Shown here one piece after another: positions 24,845 to 32,000 of a DNA stretch of 32,000 nucleotides (positions are counted from its first letter, which is position 1; each line of letters opens with the position of its first letter). This DNA is from Haloferax volcanii DS2 (lineage in GTDB: Archaea; Halobacteriota; Halobacteria; Halobacteriales; Haloferacaceae): NCBI RefSeq assembly GCF_000025685.1, contig NC_013966.1, positions 180,001 through 212,000 on the forward strand. Reading direction: 5' to 3'. The notes beneath the pieces are model-generated. The model did no database searches, was not told where the DNA came from, and was given only the letters and a program-made list of their open reading frames with translations. Both the position numbers and the translations under genes were made by a program.

Positions 24845-24872
24845 GCACCGCTGGTCGTGAGGAGAGGAGATT

Positions 24873-24924
24873 CGTTTCCGTCGACCCTCGGGGGGTACGG
24901 GGGAATTGAGGGTCGACGGAAACG
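24873..24924. promoter_or_regulatory. Perfect 17-bp-stem inverted repeat inside the leader
   Basis: CGTTTCCGTCGACCCTC (24873-24889) and GAGGGTCGACGGAAACG (24908-24924) are exact reverse complements, separated by an 18-nt G-rich loop. Confidence 0.85.
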
Positions 24925-24974
24925 TTGATGTGAGTTCGCTATGTACAGCCGTCTACCCCCGTGAATTCGGACGG

Positions 24975-27584
24975 GTTTCAGACGAACCCTTGTGGGATTG
25001 AAGCGCAGGCATCTCGACCGGCGACCTCCCGGAACACTTTGGTTTCAGACGAACCCTTGTGGGATTGAAGCTGCACAAGTCCATCAAAGAAGACGGTTAC
25101 ACGCAACCGTTTCAGACGAACCCTTGTGGGATTGAAGCGTCCTCGACGAAGCCGGGGTCCAATTCGGGAACCGGTTTCAGACGAACCCTTGTGGGATTGA
25201 AGCGCGACCGGGCCGAACGAAACCGCGCAGAACATCACGGGTTTCAGACGAACCCTTGTGGGATTGAAGCAGGACACGTCTGCGCTGCGTGCGCCTACTG
25301 CATGAGGTTTCAGACGAACCCTTGTGGGATTGAAGCGCGCACGCGTAGGCCCCGAGCACGAACGCGACCGGGGTTTCAGACGAACCCTTGTGGGATTGAA
25401 GCTGATTCTCGAAGGAGCCGAGCGCGGCTTCCGTGGAATGTTTCAGACGAACCCTTGTGGGATTGAAGCGTGAAGGTCAAACGCTTCTGGTAGGCAGGCC
25501 CGCGGTTTCAGACGAACCCTTGTGGGATTGAAGCAGTCTGCGGTCCCGGCGTTGTGAATGTGAACGACTTGTTTCAGACGAACCCTTGTGGGATTGAAGC
25601 GCCGATTGCGATATTTTTCAGAATCGGCGACTGTTGTTTCAGACGAACCCTTGTGGGATTGAAGCGGTGTCCAAATGTCGCCAGAGAATTCCTGTCAAGC
25701 TTGTTTCAGACGAACCCTTGTGGGATTGAAGCTGACGCTGTTCGATGTCTTTCAACTCGTTTGTCTCTCGTTTCAGACGAACCCTTGTGGGATTGAAGCG
25801 GCCTCCGCGGCGGGCGGTAAAGCCGATTCATCCTGTTTCAGACGAACCCTTGTGGGATTGAAGCGACGGTTCCGTTCTCGTCGTAGATCGTCACGTCCAG
25901 TTTCAGACGAACCCTTGTGGGATTGAAGCGCGCGACAGAGCCCGTCGAGATCTCCGAAGGCGAGAGTTTCAGACGAACCCTTGTGGGATTGAAGCTCTCG
26001 GCAACAGACCCTGCGTTAGTAATTTGGACACTGTTTCAGACGAACCCTTGTGGGATTGAAGCAGATTGTGGATGAACGTCACGCCAAGCCGACCGGGAGT
26101 TTCAGACGAACCCTTGTGGGATTGAAGCGACGAGACGATCGGGCTTCTGGAAGACCAGGAGGAAGGTTTCAGACGAACCCTTGTGGGATTGAAGCTTCAG
26201 CGACTACGACCTGATGCGCTCCGATACAGGTTTCAGACGAACCCTTGTGGGATTGAAGCATGATCCGCGTGGTCCGGTTGACGTTCGGCTGCTCTTGTTT
26301 CAGACGAACCCTTGTGGGATTGAAGCTATCACCCGTGGGCCGGTGACAACGAGGACCACGAGTTTCAGACGAACCCTTGTGGGATTGAAGCATTTTGCCG
26401 GACGCTTCGGGAGTTGATTCATAGTTGTTTCAGACGAACCCTTGTGGGATTGAAGCGTCGCTCGCGGGATCGACATCATCGCGCTCAAGGCGAGTTTCAG
26501 ACGAACCCTTGTGGGATTGAAGCTAGTCCGCCCCGCACTCAGGGCACGCGTCGTCGTCCGTTTCAGACGAACCCTTGTGGGATTGAAGCTGCGCGTGCAG
26601 CTCGTTTGATGAGACGTCACCACCGGTTTCAGACGAACCCTTGTGGGATTGAAGCGAGGGCGGGGGCAACGTCGCGGAGATGCAGGACCTCGTTTCAGAC
26701 GAACCCTTGTGGGATTGAAGCGAGACGATTGAGTGGGGCGGTGACTCCGCTATGGCAGGTTTCAGACGAACCCTTGTGGGATTGAAGCTATTACAATTGC
26801 CAAAAACCACGTTGCTAATAGCTCCGGTTTCAGACGAACCCTTGTGGGATTGAAGCGGGAGTGTATGCGATATCCCTTAAAACCCCCTACTTGTTTCAGA
26901 CGAACCCTTGTGGGATTGAAGCACTCGTCGCACGTGTTAGTTTTCGGTTCGCTCGTTTGTTTCAGACGAACCCTTGTGGGATTGAAGCGGCGGGCTCGGC
27001 AGGAGCTCGAAGACCGCTTTTCGGGTTTCAGACGAACCCTTGTGGGATTGAAGCACCGACGATGTAACTGTCTCGGCGGCAACGCTCCCGTTTCAGACGA
27101 ACCCTTGTGGGATTGAAGCACTCTCCGCGTCCGACTGCTCGACATCCCGACATCGGTTTCAGACGAACCCTTGTGGGATTGAAGCACCGCGAAATCGGCG
27201 TCAATCGTCACGTCCGGTAGGGTTTCAGACGAACCCTTGTGGGATTGAAGCCACTCTGCGAAGCCGTCGATGAAGTCCTCGAACTCCGTTTCAGACGAAC
27301 CCTTGTGGGATTGAAGCTTTTCTACGAGGTCGGAAACGGACACTTCGACGTTGTTTCAGACGAACCCTTGTGGGATTGAAGCTCGAAGCCGCAGACGACG
27401 GCGCAGAGAGCGGTATCACGTTTCAGACGAACCCTTGTGGGATTGAAGCCGGCTCGACGACGATTACTTCGCGCTCGAAGCTCGTGTTTCAGACGAACCC
27501 TTGTGGGATTGAAGCGTCGCTCGCGGGATCGACATCATCGCGCTCAAGGCGATGGTTTCAGACGAACCCTTGTGGGATTGAAGT
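24975..27584 (+). CRISPR. CRISPR array, 40 repeats / 39 spacers, 30-nt repeat GTTTCAGACGAACCCTTGTGGGATTGAAGC (type I-B haloarchaeal)
   Basis: I placed every repeat by hand. The first is 24975-25004 and the last is 27555-27584. Spacers are 34-39 nt. Repeats 1-39 read identical, and repeat 40 ends in T instead of C. Phasing was confirmed against four track ORFs that start or stop inside repeats. Confidence 0.98.
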
Positions 27585-27687
27585 CTAGACGGCACTGTCT
27601 CGGAGGGTGTGTCAAATTCACTGACAATAGAATAAAAACGTCGGCAACCAAGATGGAGGCACGGACATGAGGCCCCTTGCCAAGTGA

Positions 27688-27716
27688 TTTTCAGGAGAAC
27701 CGCCCCGGATTGAAGC
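27688..27716 (+). repeat. Decayed CRISPR repeat remnant in the trailer
   Basis: TTTTCAGGAGAACCGCCCCGGATTGAAGC matches about 21 of 30 consensus positions with one deletion. The ATTGAAGC end is intact. It lies 103 nt after repeat 40. Confidence 0.5.
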
Positions 27717-27953
27717 AAGTATTGACAAGGGAAACCTCATGACACCCATCAGCCGAAGCGACAAACTGGGTGAGCACAGACGGTTCTCAACCGCTCGCGC
27801 GCGCTCCAGAAGTTAGTCGTACGCGAGAAGTTTCGCGCCATCGTTCTATTCATGATAGACATTGTGATATTTTGGATTAGCTACAAGTACTGACAATGAG
27901 AAGTGTTTTTCGTGGCACACGATCACACAACTTTGAGAGGGGTGATATGAGGC

Positions 27954-28772
27954 GTGCGTATAGAATTAGCGCTCGATGCCGTTGCTGATGCGGCCTACGA
28001 CCGGTCTTATTTCCATAAGGCACGCGGACGCATCTGGCGCGGCCTCGAGAACGACGACACGTTCTCGGAGACCCACGATTCGAACCACGGCGTCGGGTTT
28101 TCGTACTCTAATATCTTCCCTTGGGGACAGATAGAAGAGGGCGACCGGCGATACTTCCGCATCGCGTCGCCACGGCGTGGGCTGTTAGACACGCTCATCG
28201 CTCATTTCGGCCGCGAGCGTGCGTTCGAAATTGGGCAGATGCGGTTCACTATCGACGACATCACCGGTCACGCCCCGGACGTGGGTGAGGCCGGATCGAC
28301 CGGTGTCCTCGAGACGGGAACCGGTGTCCACTGTGCACTTGGCCGTCAATTGGCCGAGGAGTACAACTTAGACACGTCGAAAATCGACGCCGGCGAATCA
28401 GAGACGGAACTCTTCTGGCGTCCGAAGCACGGCATGGAACCGTTACAGGACGCCATCCGGCGGTCGCTCCAACAGACACACGAGCTGTATGGAGACGACT
28501 ACTACGACGGCCCGGGGGAGGTCGACGAACCGCTCTTCGACCGCATCGAGCCGATCAAAGACGACGTCGTCTATCCGGTTCGCTTCCAGCCCGCGACCGC
28601 GGTTGACCGCACCGTTCTGCTTTCGAAGTGGCGCTTCGGCTACCGCGTTCGAGACGAGACACACCGATACCACCTGAATCTCGCGCTCGATTCGGGGATT
28701 GGACAGCGACGCGAACACGGGTTTGGCTTCCTGAACCTCACCGACAAAACGCTTCCACGGGCGAGTGACTGA
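27954..28772 (+). CDS. cas6: CRISPR repeat endoribonuclease Cas6 (type I-B, Cas6b)
   Basis: This is the first gene after the array and is 272 aa. The C-terminal glycine-rich loop [13 protein letters not shown] is typical of Cas6. The GTG start is preceded at 7 nt by GAGGGGTGAT, a Shine-Dalgarno-like match to the 16S 3' end. The stop overlaps the cas8b ATG (TGATG). Confidence 0.88.
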
Positions 28773-30925
28773 TGACAGGTCCAGATATCGACGACTTCGA
28801 AAATGCACTCAATGCATTCTGGCACGGCCGCCCGCCGGCAAGCCTCGAAGACGTGATGGCACTCTACGGCGTGCTCGCCGTCGCCGAGAGTGGTGGCGAA
28901 CTCTACGGGACAGACAGCAAACTCGAACCGTTCGTCGATGACGGTCGACTCGTCACGATTGACATCGACCTGACGGGGGAGACCCCGAATGTGAGCGACC
29001 CGAAGGTCGACACACTCCGTGTAGAAGACGTCTCCAAGCTCCGGTATGCTCACAAATCCTCCGGACGAGGAGCTAAATACAGCCTCACGCAAATCGGGTC
29101 GAAAAACGGTAACGACGCCGAGGGCGTGGCCAGCACGATTCTCGGACGCGTTCGTTCGTGGACGACTCAAGATAGTGTCCGTTCGGTCACGGGCGAAGAC
29201 GGGCACCCAGACGGGTGGATTGTCGAGGAGCTCGCGGCGGTCTTCGAGAAAGGGTCAGACACGCTTGAGGCGCTCGAAGAGGCTATCAAAGCGCTCCTCC
29301 CACCAGACGAGTCGCTTCCAACCGTCATCACAGTCCGCCTCCGGCTCGATGCCGGCCGTCTGTCGCACGGTGAGGAGAGCGGCCCACGCTGGTTTTGGCC
29401 CGCAGAGCTGGACGTGTTAGAGGAGGCGATGAAGCGGTACGCGACCGCCAACGCCGCCGACAAGAACGTCGAATCCGGAGACGGCATCTCCGAAGGAGAG
29501 AGCGTCGGTCTCGTCACCGACCGCGTCGAACGCGTCGTCGGGACACCGGACAACCCGATCGGCGTGTTCTCGGTGAAACATCCGGACGCCCAGCCGGGGC
29601 TTCGACAGGATCAGTCCTGGCGGAACTACCCGGTGGGTGCCGACACCGCCATGCTGTTCAGCAAGGGACAGGACCTCGTCGAGACGTGTGTGTTACGCCG
29701 CGGCGGCGTCGAGACGTACGCGCTCCCGTACTTCGCTGGGGAACTGACGCCGCTCAAAGCGCAGTCGCTCTACGGAGCGATTCAATCGCTCGACCGCGAG
29801 AGCGACTACGACGACTCCGGTGGGTCACCACTGGCCCGCGTTACGTACGAACTCCGGGAATCAGACGATGAAACGCTACAGGAGCTCGCAAAGACGGAGC
29901 TTCGGTTCTACACGATTACGCTCCCCATTGGCGACGACAAGAACGTAATCGCAGAGGAACCCGCCGCACCCGTGTACTGGGTTTCTGAGCTCGCGGACGC
30001 GCTCGCCCAGACGGTTCACGGGCCGACCCTCAACCCCGAACGGGGTGGGTTCGCACCGTACGACAACTGGTCGTTGCTCGAACTCGCGACCGAAGACTTC
30101 GAAGAATCCCGGAAGTTCGGCTTCTATCGAATCGTGGGCCACCAGTTCACCGACTCGGCCTTCGCGTATCGCGGTGACGACGAAGATGACGACTTCCGAC
30201 GGGTCGTCGACCACCGCTTGATCGCCGGTGTCCCGCTCGACGCGTCGATGTTGTTCGACGAGTACCTTCGGCGATACCACGACGAATCAGAGGGTGGTGA
30301 CCTCCCACCGCACCAGATTGTTGCTCAGCAGTTGGTCCACCTCGAAACCCTCTCGAGAGCGGGCTTACTGAACGGACTGGATGTTCCAATCGAACCACCA
30401 ACCATGACAACCGAAACTGAAACTGAAACTGACTTCGATACCACGAGTCTCCCGGCGATCCGAGAACACAGACTCGAATCGTTCCTCGACCGGCCCCTGT
30501 TCGAAGCCCCTGCACGGAGAGCGGCCGCACTCGCCGGCGTTCTCGTCGGGCAGGTGAGCTGGCACCAAGAGTCCGAACGAAACGTTGGTCGACCCCTTGA
30601 CGCCCAGACAAAGGGCGACCAACTCACGAAGAACAGCCTCGAGAACGCACTCACCTCGGCACTCGAGAAAGCGAAGGTCTACGCACTCGACTCGGAGTAC
30701 CGCTCTGATCGGGACATGCTGTTCCCGGAGACGGTCGATCGACTGCTCGAGACGACTGAGGACATGCCGAGTGCGTGGCCGATTGAGAAGCGTGAGCTCC
30801 AGTTCTGCTACGTGTTAGGCCACGCGCATGGGCGTCGGTCTATGCCGGTTGCCTTCGACCTCCACGAAAAAGAGGATGAAGACGACCAAGACACCGAAGA
30901 ACCCGCTGAGAGCACCACGAACTAA
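28772..30925 (+). CDS. cas8b: Type I-B large subunit Cas8b (Csh1 family)
   Basis: This 717-aa protein lies between cas6 and cas7, which is the canonical I-B order cas6-cas8b-cas7-cas5. The C-terminal third is helical with an acidic tail. Confidence 0.88.
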   Translation: MTGPDIDDFENALNAFWHGRPPASLEDVMALYGVLAVAESGGELYGTDSKLEPFVDDGRLVTIDIDLTGETPNVSDPKVDTLRVEDVSKLRYAHKSSGRGAKYSLTQIGSKNGNDAEGVASTILGRVRSWTTQDSVRSVTGEDGHPDGWIVEELAAVFEKGSDTLEALEEAIKALLPPDESLPTVITVRLRLDAGRLSHGEESGPRWFWPAELDVLEEAMKRYATANAADKNVESGDGISEGESVGLVTDRVERVVGTPDNPIGVFSVKHPDAQPGLRQDQSWRNYPVGADTAMLFSKGQDLVETCVLRRGGVETYALPYFAGELTPLKAQSLYGAIQSLDRESDYDDSGGSPLARVTYELRESDDETLQELAKTELRFYTITLPIGDDKNVIAEEPAAPVYWVSELADALAQTVHGPTLNPERGGFAPYDNWSLLELATEDFEESRKFGFYRIVGHQFTDSAFAYRGDDEDDDFRRVVDHRLIAGVPLDASMLFDEYLRRYHDESEGGDLPPHQIVAQQLVHLETLSRAGLLNGLDVPIEPPTMTTETETETDFDTTSLPAIREHRLESFLDRPLFEAPARRAAALAGVLVGQVSWHQESERNVGRPLDAQTKGDQLTKNSLENALTSALEKAKVYALDSEYRSDRDMLFPETVDRLLETTEDMPSAWPIEKRELQFCYVLGHAHGRRSMPVAFDLHEKEDEDDQDTEEPAESTTN

Positions 30926-30945
30926 TCCAACACATAACCAAACCA

Positions 30946-31968
30946 ATGACGACACTCAACCGATCCGAACTTCTGTTCGTTTACGACGCACAAGACTGCA
31001 ACCCGAACGGGAACCCGATTGGGGACAACCGGCCGCGCCGGGACCCTGACACCGGACAGGGGATCATCACCGACGTTCGGCTCAAGCGCTATCTCCGAGA
31101 CCAGCTCCAAGACGACGGCTTCGATATCTACGTCAAAAAGACCGAAGGACGGTCACACACGCGGACGAAACTCATCAAAGACGTCTTGGGCGGCGTCGAC
31201 GACGCCGACGACCTCGAAGACCTCGGCGACGTTGCCGAAGCGTTCCTCGATGCGGCGACTGACGTTCGGTACTTCGGGTCGACGCTCAGCTTCGAGGCGA
31301 GCGATAAAGACGAAGACGAAGCGTTCCGTGATGCGCTCAACAGTTCGCTCCCGAACAACTACCAGGGACCGGTTCAGTTCCTGCCTTCGAAGTCGCTGAA
31401 CGAGGTCGAAGAGAACGAGGAATACGACTCGCTAACGAGCGTCATCTCGACTGGGGAAGGGAATCGACAGGGCGGGTTCGACCTCGACGACAAGCGCATC
31501 AAATACGGGATTTTCCCTTTTTGGGGGCTCGTCGACAACAACGGTGCGGAGTCGACGAACCTGTCGCAGGCAGACGTCGAACGACTCGACACGCTCTGTT
31601 GGCGCGCGCTCAAGAATCAGACGACCTCGCGCTCGAAGCTCGGCCAAGAGCCGCGGCTCTACGTCCGCGTCGAGTACGAGGAGGGGAACTACCACGTCGG
31701 AGGCCTCCAGAACCTCCTCGAACTCGGTGACGACAGTAGCGAATCGTTGCGGTCGGTGAAGGACGTCGTCGTCGACGTTACCGAACTCGTCGAGACCCTA
31801 GAGCGCGTGGCAGATCGGATCGACACGCTCCACGTGGTTGGAGATGGCCGTCTGGAACTCGACATCGGTGACGAAACGATCCGTGCCGACGAATTCTGGT
31901 CGCATCTCTCCGAGGCGGGACACGACGTCCACGAGATAGACGTGCTCAACGAACGCGACCTCGCCTAA
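30946..31968 (+). CDS. cas7: Type I-B Cascade backbone subunit Cas7 (Csh2 family)
   Basis: The N-terminus LLFVYDAQDCNPNGNPIGDNRPRRDPDTGQGIITDVRLKRYLRD is the conserved Cas7/Csh2 N-terminal signature. Confidence 0.9.
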   Translation: MTTLNRSELLFVYDAQDCNPNGNPIGDNRPRRDPDTGQGIITDVRLKRYLRDQLQDDGFDIYVKKTEGRSHTRTKLIKDVLGGVDDADDLEDLGDVAEAFLDAATDVRYFGSTLSFEASDKDEDEAFRDALNSSLPNNYQGPVQFLPSKSLNEVEENEEYDSLTSVISTGEGNRQGGFDLDDKRIKYGIFPFWGLVDNNGAESTNLSQADVERLDTLCWRALKNQTTSRSKLGQEPRLYVRVEYEEGNYHVGGLQNLLELGDDSSESLRSVKDVVVDVTELVETLERVADRIDTLHVVGDGRLELDIGDETIRADEFWSHLSEAGHDVHEIDVLNERDLA

Positions 31969-31978
31969 CGAGGCGACA

Positions 31979-32000
31979 ATGTCACCGCATATCGACGCCA
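31979..32000 (+). CDS. cas5: Probable start of cas5 (type I-B), truncated by the window edge
   Basis: An ATG at 31979 lies 10 nt after the cas7 stop (MSPHIDA...). Only 7 codons are visible, so the call rests on conserved I-B gene order. Confidence 0.45.

Larger units (their letters stand above)
24817..24974 (+). promoter_or_regulatory. Putative CRISPR leader
   Basis: This 158-nt stretch lies upstream of repeat 1 in the direction that yields crRNAs with an 8-nt ATTGAAGC 5' handle. The opposite end of the array carries the mutated and decayed repeats. Confidence 0.5.

Noticed and set aside
27585-27600. A 10-nt match (ACTGTCTCGG) between the trailer and spacer 32, considered as possible self-targeting or duplication
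   Set aside because: It is too short to distinguish from chance. I found no longer spacer match elsewhere in the window by eye, and a computational search is needed.
27609-27638. A fully decayed repeat between repeat 40 and the remnant at 27688
   Set aside because: The best register gives only 13 of 30 matches and would leave a 24-nt spacer, so this is not supportable. Only the 103-nt spacing argument remains.
24978-27718. About twenty track ORFs on both strands running through the array, with recurring peptides FQTNPCGIEA, FRRTLVGLK, SDEPLWD, LQSHKGSSET and FNPTRVRLK
   Set aside because: They are simply the 30-nt CRISPR repeat translated in different frames, with spacers as variable linkers. 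They are not genes.
27620-27897. ACTGACAAT occurring twice (27620-27628 and 27889-27897) in the array-cas6 gap
   Set aside because: A 9-mer repeated once within about 370 bp of AT-rich DNA is within chance expectation, and no further symmetry is present.
27585-27953. The AT-rich region between the array and cas6 as the CRISPR leader
   Set aside because: Repeat orientation (ATTGAAGC as the 5' handle), the mutated last repeat and the decayed repeat all indicate that this is the trailer. It is more likely the cas6 promoter region.

Overview
High-GC haloarchaeal DNA with acidic proteomes and Tat/lipobox signals; the CRISPR repeat is of the Haloferax/Haloarcula type. All coordinates were checked against the supplied ORF track. 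The window reads left to right in four blocks.

1. **1-4846.** An ABC-2 exporter pair is followed by a three-gene operon-like module. That module is a stand-alone V-ATPase subunit-D paralog, an RdfA-like Zn-ribbon protein, and an SMC/Rad50-like coiled-coil ATPase with a CxxC hook.

2. **4889-9824.** These are small accessory genes: a Tat lipoprotein, an HhH-tail hypothetical, a small acidic RHH-like protein, a ~390-bp non-coding gap, an ATP-grasp ligase, a 4-TM membrane protein bracketed by 28-nt direct repeats, and a vapBC toxin-antitoxin pair.

3. **9973-24816.** This is a cell-surface glycan locus. It holds two paralogous secreted beta-helix proteins, one of which carries four C-terminal tandem domains. 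It also holds a NodB-type deacetylase, a GT2 glycosyltransferase, a DUF1616-like membrane protein, a Wzx/MOP flippase, a 600-aa polytopic membrane protein, and an AsnB-like amidotransferase that lacks the catalytic Cys.

4. **24975-32000.** A type I-B CRISPR-Cas locus with a 40-repeat/39-spacer array, followed by cas6, cas8b, cas7 and the first codons of cas5.

The observations most worth follow-up:
- The subunit-D/RdfA-like/SMC-like module.
- One protospacer stored twice in the array at different lengths.
- A 17-bp-stem hairpin in the CRISPR leader whose sequence resembles a decayed repeat.
- Near-identical DNA tracts at a constant 7124-bp offset between the two beta-helix paralogs.

Most long ORFs in the track that lie antisense to these genes or run through the array are high-GC or repeat artefacts.
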